Shown one piece after another: positions 23,716-64,000 of a stretch of DNA of 64,000 bases. The position numbers and the translations under genes were made by a program. A model generated the notes under the pieces. That model searched no databases, was not told the origin of the DNA, and saw only the letters and a list, made by a program, of their open reading frames with translations. Location: NCBI RefSeq assembly GCF_009914755.1, contig NC_060942.1. One strand, written 5' to 3'. The DNA is from the human T2T-CHM13v2.0 reference genome, Homo sapiens. How positions within the stretch are numbered: position 1 is the first letter of the stretch; each line of letters begins with the position of its first letter.

Positions 23716-23797
23716 CTTCCTTTTGCCTGGCGGAGGGTCAGACTAGCGCCAGCGGATCGCCTCACATCCGGGTATCAGGAGACACTCAGCTGCTTCT
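23716..23797 (-). other. ESCO1: Probable non-coding first exon (5' UTR) of ESCO1; 5' end approximate
   Basis: Minus-strand donor AAG|gtacgc at 23716/23715, just downstream of a CCGGAAGT ETS site. Alternative donors exist nearby. Confidence 0.6.
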
Positions 23798-24116
23798 GCT
23801 GCGGCCGCCGCCTCCCCCGCGGCGCAAACACCAAACTTCCGGCGACGACGGCGACGCCTCGCTCGTCAGATGGGAGTTACCTGTGACCGTCTTGGGTGCG
23901 CTTGCGCAACGCTCCTCTTCAGCCCTAACCGGCTCAGCTGACGTGCCCAGAAGACGAAGATGGCCGCCACGCTCACTGCGTGTCACGCAGTTTTTCACCC
24001 CGGCCCGGACGGCTGGGCGTCGAGGAAAGGCGAGCTAGTGTCCATCCTCAGCGCAGGCGCGGTGGGAGGCCTAGCGCGCGCGCCTCCGCGGGTGGTCGCC
24101 TGGCAGGGAAGTGGCG

Positions 24117-24130
24117 GCGCCCCCTAGCGG
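24117..24130 (-). promoter_or_regulatory. CTCF core motif
   Basis: Reverse complement is CCGCTAGGGGGCGC, a full match to the CTCF core consensus. Confidence 0.7.
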
Positions 24131-24315
24131 CGGCCGCTTGTCGTTCCTGGGGTCATCGCTTTGAGCTGAAAACCACCCAGGCCCCCAGCGGTTGTGGTTT
24201 ACCTTGGAAATTTGTCGCAACTGGTTGCCATGTAGGTTTTGGCTGCTTCTGTCTGCGATGTATAATCCAAGTGCCTTTGGTCTTCCATATGAGCCAATGT
24301 AAAGAAGGAGGGTGG

Positions 24316-25455
<1,140 letters not shown>

Positions 25456-26320
25456 CTACTAGACTGCTTTTGAACATATGTTCTGTGCTACCCTTTGCTT
25501 ATTTGCGGAACTGTGAGGCTAGTTCGGTACTTCTGCATTTCAGAATGGGAAGAGGTGATCATAAATGGGTTTTCCCCTTCCTGCCCTCCTTCTTTGAAGC
25601 CAAGTACAACCAAAATGTGCTCTAAGTTTGTCAAACCTGATGTTTTTCTGACAATTCATCTTCCACGAATAGTGAGCTGCCTGTCAGTTTGCGCAGGGAG
25701 ATGTTATGGCTTAAAAACAAAAACGAGGCTGGGCGCAGTGGCTCACGTTTGTAATCCCAGCTGTTTGGGAGGTATTGATGGGTGAGGCCATTCTTCACAT
25801 TACCATAGTTGTGTTACTTGGCAAAGACCTGTCCGCTGCTTCCACCTTCAGCTCCAGTCCCTGATACACACTTTAATGACATATGCCAAACAGCTCAAAT
25901 TGGGGGCGGGGGGTGGGGCGGGGGAACAGGAGTAAACTACTGGTCTGGTTAAAAGCTGGTTATTTATCAGGAGACCTGACCTATGTTTCCCTTCATCTTC
26001 GTCTTCTGATTGCCAGACAACTGGTGGGACTTCTTTTGGTTGGATAAACTACTTTGTCTATAGTAATTCAAATTCTGGCATACAAAGAAACCATATTTAT
26101 GAGTGTCGATTCTCACAAAATAGGCCTCTGCTTCTGAGTAGTCTATTCCACTCTATGTGCTAAATTGGCCTCAATCAGGAGCATAGGAATTCGTGCAAAT
26201 ATCAGACCATATGAAATCATAGCCCTCCGGCCAGGAGCCTAGGCCATAGCAGCTTGTTGCTCTGCTGACCCTGGTGTCTGATCCCAGCCAGTGGCCTTAA
26301 AAAAACAAGAAACGAAATAA

Positions 26321-26551
<231 letters not shown>

Positions 26552-27351
26552 TAGTAGAGACAGGGTTCCACCATGTCAGTCAAGCTGATCTGGAACACCG
26601 GACCTCAGGTGATCCACCCTCCTCGGCCTCCCAAAGTGCTGGGATTACAGGCATGAGCCACCGTGCCTGGCCTTATTTTCTTTTCTAAAACTATATATAA
26701 TCAGTTTCTGTGAAAAGAATAAATAGTTTGCGTTCATGGGAAAAAATAAACTTTCTTGAGCATTATTCTTTATCATTTTGAAGGATATTTTTCACTTCCG
26801 ATTCATGAATACCAGTAGTCTCAATTTGTAGTGTAATTGATTAAATCTTCCTCTGAACTATTATATCATATTTGTTTTTCCTTCTATCGGTAGTTTTCTT
26901 TTAGAGCATTCTATCTATGAGCTTTGGAATTTGGTTCATTTAATTTGGTTGTCTACTAAGAAACAATAATAATCTGATTAAATAATAATCCATTATTATT
27001 TAAATGTCTTTGAGATTACAGTCTCTTTCAGGAAAGAGTAAAGAATTAAAGTTGGCCGGACACAGTGGCTCATGCCTGTAATCCCAGCACTTTGGGAGGC
27101 CGAGGCGGGCAGATCATCTGAGGTCAGGAGTTCAAGACAAGCCTGACCAACATGGTGAAACCTCGTCTCTACTAAAAATACAAAAATTAGCCGGGCATGG
27201 TGGCACCTGCCTGTAATCCCAGCTACTCAGGAGGCTGAGGCAGGAGAATCACTTGAACCCTGGAGGCAGAGGTTGCAGTGAGCTGAGACCGTGCCACTTG
27301 GGCAAAGACTTCATCTCAAAACAAACAAACAAAAAAAGAATTAAAGTTTTT

Positions 27352-27540
27352 TGAGGAAGAGTGGGAGGAGGGAGAGGAGCAGAAAAGATAACTGTTGGGT
27401 ACTGGGTTTAATACCTGGGTGATGAAATAATGGGTACCACAAACCCCCATGACACGTGTTTACCTGTGTAACAAACCTTCACATGTACCCTCAAACCTAA
27501 AATAAAAGTTAAAAATTTTGTAAAAAAGAAAAATAAAAAT
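27352..27540 (+). mobile_element. L1P (old L1PA/PB) 3' end
   Basis: gggtactgggtttaatacctgggtgatgaaataat...aaacccccatgacacgtgtttacctgtgtaacaaacc...aaacctaaaataaaagtt plus A-rich tail. Confidence 0.85.
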
Positions 27541-28828
27541 ATAACTTATAATTTGGAAATATAACTGTTACTTATGTCTACATCTAAAGCATTTTTATTA
27601 ATGAATGAATAAATATTTTTAAATGTTAAAAGTTTTACAATTAGTGAGAAGCCTAGCATTGAACAGGTAGAGAATTATAGATCACAACTGAAAGAATCAC
27701 AAGTTTTAGTTCAAAGGGGGTCTAAGACTAGCAAGAAAATATTTTTTCAGATAACTGTAGGAAGACATTCAACTTAGAAAAAGAAAGTAGTGTTTGATAA
27801 TCCAAACAAAATGTTAGTCAGGTCTCTTTAGTTAGAAAATGACTGAAATCCAGCTCAAACTCATGTGAGCAACATTTAAAAAAAAAAACAAAAAAAAGTA
27901 TTGCTACCATAACCAGGAGCTATAGGGGAACTGCTGACCTCAGGTCATCCTAAAACCTGAGGATGTCAGATGATGTCAGCAGGACACTCTACAATGCCCA
28001 GCTCTTCTTTCATCTGTATTAGTTTCATTCTCAAGTATGCTTTCCTGACAACTCGGCAGAGATTACATAAGTTCACAGCAAACTGGTTTCAGTGAAAAGA
28101 GTGGCCCCCGTTCTGAGATCTCCCAAGAAAGTCCTGGGGACATCTTTGATTGTTTCAGCTTTGATGTGTACCAGTGCTAGAAATAAACGCTATAACCTAG
28201 ATGACACATCGTGGTGCTCAACATTATAGTTACATAAGTGGTGAAGGTCTTTTTCACACCCCCTACAGCAAGAATTAAAAGACCATGTTCTCCTGCTGAA
28301 CTCAAAACCATGAATGTAATTTCCTGGACTTGTTTAAATTGCTTGTTTCCTTACTGACTCTAAATTGCAGTATATACTTTTCTGCCTTTGCTTATCAGTA
28401 GGATGTCTACTTCTGAAAACTAATAATGGAATAGTTGCATTGCTCCATGTATTATTTTCCCATTTCCTTGTTCCTTTTCTGTCTTGTGACCAATCTAAAT
28501 GCCTGCAATAGATAAAGCCTCTGCCAAATCACAGAGGACAGGACAATCTCACTTTCAGATTAATCCTCCTGCTAGCAGGAAATTAAGGCATTATTTGTTG
28601 CCCCACTCTTGTTGACTTTATTTCAGGACTCTTTGATGGTTTTATGCTATGAGAAAGTAAAAATCCTAAAAAATTTTTGAGCTAGAAAATAAAAAGTACA
28701 GCAATTTAGGATAAATCAACTGACAATGACATTTCAATTTGCCATCTGGGAGACACATCACTACCATACAAATAATAATGCTGGCCCCACATACTTGAGA
28801 GGGGATGAGTAGGTGTTAGCCAGATTAA

Positions 28829-29128
<300 letters not shown>

Positions 29129-29249
29129 TGATCTGTCTGCCTCAGCCTCCCAAAGTGCTGGGATTACAGGCGTGAGCCACCACGCCCAGCCCCAAATATT
29201 CTTATACTATTGAGGGGAAAGGGGATGGCTTAAGAAGTAGGCAGGCCCC

Positions 29250-35200
<5,951 letters not shown>

Positions 35201-35409
35201 GCGACAGTCCTATTAATTGGATTTAATCTCTTCGAATCTCCCTCTCTTGTAGGACATTTTTCTCCAAGACCAGCCCTCGATACCCTCAGCCGTCGCAAGG
35301 CAACCTCCAGCCGCCAGGGGCCGCAGTCGCGCTCCTCGCGGCCGGAAGAGAGTGCGGCCCAGCGCAGCCTCGGCGTTTCCGCCATGCGCCTGCAGTGCTC
35401 CGCGCGCTC

Positions 35410-35524
35410 TTGACGTCCGGAGCCCCTGGAGTAGGCGCTTCCGGCCATTCATACTGCAGTCGGTCAGTGTTCGGTTGAAGGATTCTGTGTGCTGTCGGAC
35501 CCAGAGGGTGACGGCGCCGCTAGG
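35410..35524 (+). other. SNRPD1: SNRPD1 5' UTR (TSS approximate)
   Basis: GC-rich sequence between the promoter motifs and the ATG; the exact TSS cannot be read from sequence. Confidence 0.6.
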
Positions 35525-35538
35525 ATGAAGCTCGTGAG
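35525..35538 (+). CDS. SNRPD1: Sm-D1 coding exon 1 (MKLV + 2 nt of R)
   Basis: ATG AAG CTC GTG AG followed by donor GTGAGG at 35539, inside a CpG island. Splices in frame to 45820 to give the known Sm-D1 N-terminus [15 protein letters not shown]. Confidence 0.97.
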
Positions 35539-35964
35539 GTGAGGGAGTGACCAAGCAGCTCTGGGGGCTGTGAAGGGAGGGCTTGGCCCGGAGTCCGGAA
35601 GGCTGGGCTCTCCCATTTGCAGGAGGCGGGAAAGCCGCGTGTGCGCGGCCTGCTAACGGCCGGCCTTACTGCGCCCGCAGCTCGTGCTCGGGCCTGGGCT
35701 TCCGCCTGGGTCGCTCGCGGATCCCGCGTGTCTTCCAAGAGATTGGTATAAAGGCCGAGCCTTTTCTTCCTGCCTAGTGACTTAGAGGCTTTAAAGATGC
35801 AGCGCCTCCTGGGACACATCTCCCTCTTACAGTTACTCATTTTCTTTTTGAGTGGAACTCCCCAGTCCTGCTTAACAGTACTTAGAAAGCTGTATGAGCT
35901 TATCTGGAAACAAACCTGTTTGCAAAATATTTTAAATCAGAGAAGGACTTCCGGCTTCACAAGT

Positions 35965-45534
<9,570 letters not shown>

Positions 45535-45819
45535 TATTTCTTTTTCATGGTTTATAATGAGTCTAAGATCTTGTATGTCTGGATTTCAGGTTTGAGAATT
45601 AGAAACGTCCAAATGACAGTTTATGTTAGTATTGTTGTGTTCCTTCATAAAGGTTGAGGATATAATTCAGGAAAGCTGAAATTGTTATGCAGATTATTGA
45701 TAGGAATTGATGCAGATAGCATCTAGCAAATTTTCAACATCGAGTTGTTTCACCCTTTCACCTTAATAAATGTGATTTTAAAGTGTTACAGGTAAAAATG
45801 GTTTTATTCCTATTTATAG

Positions 45820-45896
45820 ATTTTTGATGAAATTGAGTCATGAAACTGTAACCATTGAATTGAAGAACGGAACACAGGTCCATGGAACAATCACAG
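45820..45896 (+). CDS. SNRPD1: Sm-D1 coding exon 2 (Sm1 motif region)
   Basis: Acceptor tatttatag|A; reads (R)[25 protein letters not shown](G); donor CAG|gtacgg; 77 nt. Confidence 0.97.
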
Positions 45897-45989
45897 GTAC
45901 GGAGGTTGGACTGCTTTTATAACATTTTTTTTCTTCTCTTTTACCTAGCCAGAGTTTATTTTTTTATTGCTTAATGAACATTATTGTAG

Positions 45990-46430
<441 letters not shown>

Positions 46431-46842
46431 CTTAACAAAAGCAGTAACAATTCTTATATACAGAGAGAAGCAGAAACAAAGGTGAGGATAGTTTGGTGGA
46501 ATGGGGATTATGAGGAAGTTACAAAGACAGTGGGAGAAACATGAAAGAAATACCTGTCACATCAGTAGTGAGCCTAAAGCCCAGTCAGGGTTCTTCCATG
46601 GCTTGCTGCATTCACTTCTGTAAGCAAAACATTAGTGTGCTAGGAAAAATCTCTAGGAAGGAAACACTGCTGACATTCCCCCATTTACCAGTTGCACATG
46701 TGCTAAATTGTGTCATAGAAAACTTGCACTTTGTAGAAGAACAGTAATCTTTTGTAGTCCAGTATTTACTGTGGCTCAGTAGATTAATTAGTTGCCTTAA
46801 CTTGTATCATACTAATAACTGCACAATTATTTTCCTCTTTAG

Positions 46843-47034
46843 GTGTGGATGTCAGCATGAATACACATCTTAAAGCTGTGAAAATGACCCTGAAGAACAG
46901 AGAACCTGTACAGCTGGAAACGCTGAGTATTCGAGGAAATAACATTCGGTATTTTATTCTACCAGACAGTTTACCTCTGGATACACTACTTGTGGATGTT
47001 GAACCTAAGGTGAAATCTAAGAAAAGGGAAGCTG
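46843..47034 (+). CDS. SNRPD1: Sm-D1 coding exon 3 (Sm2 motif, IRGNNIRY)
   Basis: Acceptor ttttcctctttag|GT; reads (G)[63 protein letters not shown]; donor CTG|gtaagt; 192 nt. Overlaps ORF 46845..47054. Confidence 0.98.
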
Positions 47035-47193
47035 GTAAGTTTGAAGGATTATAAACATTTTTGTGAATGCTAATCCTAATCCACACTATTCATAATATAG
47101 ATATTATTTGCAAACAACACAAGTGTCTTTGTTGTTTAATATTTCCTATAGTATGTATAGTAATTCTTGGTGTTGCTATTAAAAACATTGAGC

Positions 47194-47797
<604 letters not shown>

Positions 47798-47896
47798 TAT
47801 ATATATATATATATGATTGTAATCCATAGCTTGAAAAACAATGATTTAATCTCTCTCTCGGTCCTTTATCTCATGCTGCTTTCCACTTTAAAAAAA

Positions 47897-48190
47897 CCCC
47901 CTGTGGGTACCAAAATCTACAGATTCTTAAGTCCCTTTTCATAAAATGGTAGTAGTGTTTCAGTGCACATCCTTTTGTACCCTTTAAATCATCTCTAGAT
48001 TACTTGTAATACCTAGTATAATGTAAATGCTCTGTAGATAGTTATACTGTATTGTTTAGGCGTTAATGACAAGAAAAAGTCTGTATGTGTTTAGTACAGA
48101 TACAACCATCATAGGCCTAAACTACATTTTTGATCCTCAGTTGGTTAAATCCATGGATGTGCAACCCATGGATATTGAAGGCTGGCTGTA
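47897..48190. mobile_element. MER2-type Tigger (TcMar) DNA transposon
   Basis: taccaaaatc...tttaaatcatctctagattactt...gacaagaaaaagtctgta...ccatggatgtgcaacccatggata...ggctggctg|TA. Confidence 0.85.
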
Positions 48191-48405
48191 TTTTCAAATC
48201 TGAGGATGTTTTGCTTTAATGTCGTTAGGGTTATTCTACATTTTTTTTTTTACTACCTACCTACCTGTCGGGGAATTGATGATTGAAAGCCCCCCGCCTC
48301 ATATCATCTTACTCCACGCTTCTGAATCTTAGATTTTTCAGAAGTTATTCTTCCTTTACTAAATGTTACAGTTCCCAGTCTACTTTCTATTTAAAATTTT
48401 GTTGA

Positions 48406-51490
<3,085 letters not shown>

Positions 51491-52156
51491 AGAATGTGAC
51501 TGACTTCTATGTCAAGATTTTCTAATATTCTTAGCTGTCTGAAGATGAAATAAGTTTATTTGGGTCATGAATTCCCTATCACCATGATACTCAACTAGAG
51601 TTAGGATGACCCAGTAGGGATATTACTATTTGGATTAAAGCACTAGATTATGTGTAGGTCAAATGAGTTTTAATTTTCTGAAGAGTTAATAAGATTGTGA
51701 TTTGATGTAATACATTTAAACTTTCCTGGTTTTGAATTAACTTGCTTGGATTTTATTCAGTTACCAAAACTCTGGCATCAAGGTGATCATGTTTTATTCT
51801 GTGATATATATCTTCCCTTTTTTTGTGAGGTTCAAATCATTTTATGGTGAATTTGAGACATGATATAAAGAAAAAGTATTTTTAAATTTGACACATTTCT
51901 TAGTAAATAAATTGAAATGAAACAAATAATAATCTCCCTAGGCCTTTAGTTATTGGTTCTGCATGATAATGTGTTGGGGGGTGGAGGGAATCTGAAGTCT
52001 AACACATTTAACAGAAGCTAGTTAAACTTTATTTACTGTAGCTACTAATAAAGAGCTATAAACAGGGAAAGGTGTGTGTGTAAATGTTGTTTGTGGTGTC
52101 TAGGTAACATTGGTGCAGGAGAGAATTGAACTTGGTTTGTTTTTCTTTTCCTTCAG

Positions 52157-52233
52157 TTGCAGGAAGAGGCAGAGGAAGAGGAAGAGGAAGAGGACGTGGC
52201 CGTGGCAGAGGAAGAGGGGGTCCTAGGCGATAA
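52157..52233 (+). CDS. SNRPD1: Sm-D1 coding exon 4 (C-terminal GR-repeat tail and stop)
   Basis: Acceptor ttttcttttccttcag|TT; reads (V)A(GR)9GGPRR then TAA. Exon lengths 14+77+192+77 = 360 nt = 119 aa plus stop. Confidence 0.98.
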
Positions 52234-53330
52234 TGTCTCTCAAGATTTCAAAGTCATATGAGATTTGGGATATTTTTTGTACAGGTTGTGTTTGTTTATG
52301 TCAGTTTTTAATAAACATAAATGTGGGACAGAGCTGTCTATTTAGTATATCAAAGTTTTAGTAGTTTCCTCCACATTCACGAAATTACCACAGTGAGAGC
52401 TAAGCATTTCTACTGGGCAGTTTCATTTTTAGTTGATCAGGTTTTAAGTTTTTGAACTAAAATTTTTCTTTTTCTTTTTATGATGAATAAGGTTAAAATA
52501 AAAGCCTTAGACAAATTAAATTTGGCAGAGTTTAATTGAGCAAAGGACAATTCACAAATCAGGTAGCCCCTGAACCATAATAGGCTCAGAGGCTTCAGCC
52601 CAGCTGCATAGTTGAAGATTTATGGACAGAAGGAAAGTGATGTATGGAAAATGGAAGTGAGATACAGCAACAGCCGGATTAGTTACAGTTCAGCGTTTGC
52701 CTTATTTGAATATGGTTTGAACAGTTCGCTGTCTTTGGTTGGCTGAAACTTAGTGATTGCCACAAGAGTAGGGTACCGTCTGTTTACACGTCCAGTTAGG
52801 CTACAGTTCTATGTACTGAGAAACCTTTAAGCTGAACTTGAGATATGTAAAGAGACTTTAGGCTAAACTTAACAATATATATAGGATATATACCCTTCTA
52901 CTTCACATGCACTGAATATGCATTTTATTGCTTTACTCTTCATTCTGTGGCACCTACCCACAGGGGAAGTAAGAAGTTTGTTTTGGTATTTCGGAAACTA
53001 AAGTCCTTATGGGATGGGGTCTAGAATTGATTCTCCTTTCCTGAGTTTTACTCCACGGAGTCTTAGGTACCTGGTAAAAAGTTGTCTTCTAAATTAAGGG
53101 TCATTGCTTTGTTGTCTAGCTGCTAATGTCTTACTTTTGTTTCTTTTGCTTTTTAATCAGTTCTTAATAGGATATAGTTTTATGTTTTCCAAGTTATAAC
53201 TTGGAGTTAATGGTCACTAGATTATCAGTTATGAGCAGTGTTAAAATCTCCTATTAATGTGTAATGTACCTGTCAGTGCCTCCTTTATTAAGGGGTTCTT
53301 TGAGAATAAAAGAGAAAAGACCTACTTTAT
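52234..53330 (+). other. SNRPD1: SNRPD1 3' UTR with tandem poly(A) signals
   Basis: AATAAA at 52310-52315, 52497-52502 and 53305-53310 after the stop; further AATAAA at 56509-56514 and 56597-56602 could give a longer isoform. Confidence 0.7.
52491..52874 (-). mobile_element. MER57-family ERV1 solo LTR within the SNRPD1 3' UTR
   Basis: Reverse complement begins tgttaagtttagcctaaag...tacatatctcaagttcagcttaaaggtttctcagtacat, matching the MER57B-like LTR start as recalled. Confidence 0.75.
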
Positions 53331-53573
53331 TTGACAGCAAAACTGTTCTAATTGTTAATAAGGACTTTTAAAAATTGTTTTTGATTTGCTAAGCTCAGAA
53401 AAAATGTCTCTCAGTGCATCAGTTCTTTGTAAAGCTTACTACGAAGTATTTATATGCTAAGGAAAACAACTGAGGATGTGGGTGGCTTAAATCTGTATTT
53501 TCATCATGTATGTGAGTTTTTTTTTTTTTAAGTAAAGAAATTTTCTGCAAAGATCGTTACCTTAAAAAAGTTT

Positions 53574-57250
<3,677 letters not shown>

Positions 57251-57439
57251 TAAACTTTGTAATACTAAGTTCTTTCTGTGTGGGAACATAGTAGTGTTCT
57301 CTATCTGAACCAGCTTTTCTTCTCAGTGAAGTTTTAGGGTTTTGTTTACGTATTCCATATATTTTGAGAAATGTTAATATACAGTGAGATTCAGTTTATG
57401 AAGAAAATAGTAATAATAGCAAGGCTGTAGATACCCAGT

Positions 57440-57775
57440 GCAGTCAATTCTTGGAATTTTCAGTAGTTGTGTAAAGTTGCTGTTAATACTAAACCACTAC
57501 TTCTAGGGAAAATATAGGGTTAAGTTCCTGCAAGCCTCTAGTCACATTTTCATCAACCAACCAATACATAACCTTGTTTTATGAGTGTTTCTGTTTAGAG
57601 ACATATATAGTAGTATATGTAATACATATATACTACTGATTTGTTAATTCATGGCTAGCAGCACTAACTCATCCATGAACAAAGCTTATCTAACACTTAT
57701 TTTCTCAAAAAGGCACATCATAGCCTTCTTGAATTTAGGAACACGACAGCACTAAACCTGGGGGCCATTTTAAAT
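57440..57775. mobile_element. Tigger-family (MER82-like) fragment
   Basis: ctagggaaaatatagggttaagttcctgcaagcctctagtcacatttt...ctgggggccattttaaa. Confidence 0.6.
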
Positions 57776-57954
57776 GTCTCAAAAAAAAAAAGAACAGTTA
57801 AACAGGCTTGTTTAGGGTCTTTGCCATCCCACAACACACGCTGCCTATGCACAACTAGTGTTTTCCTACTTCTGTGGCTTTGTGCTTGTCTTTCCTCTTC
57901 CTGTAACATCCTCACCTTCCCAAGTTCTCTGTGTTTGTCCTTAAGAATCCTGTA

Positions 57955-58090
57955 TCATTATAGCTGAAAGACATTACAGACCATCTAGTCCTTGCCTTCT
58001 GTTTTCAAGTTGAGCAAACTGAAGCTGACAGAGGTGGAACTTATTTGCCCAAGGGCCACAATAAGCCACTGGTGTCTGGAGGATGCACGG
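57955..58090 (-). mobile_element. MIR fragment
   Basis: Core-like gagcaaactgaagctgacagaggt...atttgcccaagggccaca. Confidence 0.6.
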
Positions 58091-58293
58091 GCTCTGTGCT
58101 TTTCCTACCTCCTAGGATGTATTCCCCGGTTGCCCTCCTTCACTCCCTGTCACAGTCACTGATGGCTTCCCTTTGTGTGGGTTTTCTCTGTGCTAAGCTG
58201 TTCTGTACTACTCAAATGCTATTCAGCATATATCCTTAAGTCTTGCTGTCTTGTTCAGTTTGTCTCCAGCCGATTTTAATATTTTTAGGGTAG

Positions 58294-64000
<5,707 letters not shown>

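Larger units (their letters stand above)
23050..24200 (-). promoter_or_regulatory. ESCO1: CpG-island promoter of the divergent minus-strand gene (likely ESCO1)
   Basis: About 1.1 kb of CpG-dense unique sequence with ETS/GABP ACTTCCGG (23835-23842), NRF1-like TGCGCTTGCGCA (23897-23908), ATF/CRE TGACGTG (23939-23945), YY1-like AAGATGGCCGCC (23957-23968) and several minus-strand splice donors. The gene name comes from recalled head-to-head synteny with SNRPD1, not from coding sequence. Confidence 0.8.
35270..35760 (+). promoter_or_regulatory. SNRPD1: SNRPD1 CpG-island promoter
   Basis: CpG-rich non-repeat sequence with RFX X-box-like GTCGCAAGGCAAC (35292-35304), CTCF-like CCGCCAGGGGCCGC (35311-35324), ETS CCGGAA (35342), CRE half-site TGACGT (35411-35416), and ETS CTTCCGG overlapping YY1-like GCCATT (35438-35449). 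Confidence 0.85.

Noticed and set aside
47035-47054. Extension of the exon 3 ORF (GKFEGL then stop)
   Set aside because: Intronic read-through past a consensus gtaagt donor; the true C-terminus is in exon 4.

Overview
Primate genomic DNA, almost certainly human (it contains a hominid SVA and young AluY copies), and extremely Alu-dense. It holds the complete four-exon SNRPD1 gene (Sm-D1, 119 aa) on the + strand: CDS 35525-35538, 45820-45896, 46843-47034 and 52157-52233, all GT-AG, 360 nt in total. A second CpG-island promoter at about 23.1-24.2 kb drives a divergent minus-strand gene. Only non-coding 5' exons of that gene lie in the window (about 23716-23797 and 7383-7513); from recalled synteny with SNRPD1 on 18q11.2 it is most likely ESCO1. 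Its first intron carries a full-length SVA with TSDs, in the sense orientation. The remainder is Alu, L1/HAL1, L2, MIR, LTR and DNA-transposon relics, and almost all ORFs in the supplied track are Alu, SVA or L1 read-throughs. I found no new multi-gene system. The best leads are regulatory or structural: the sense SVA with a poly(A) signal, divergent CTCF motifs at the two promoters, a start-stop uORF, a TSD-flanked Alu/unique chimeric insertion, a dispersed duplication of a transposon end plus flank, inverted Alus around SNRPD1 exons 2-3 and in its extended 3' UTR, and possible alternative splice acceptors.
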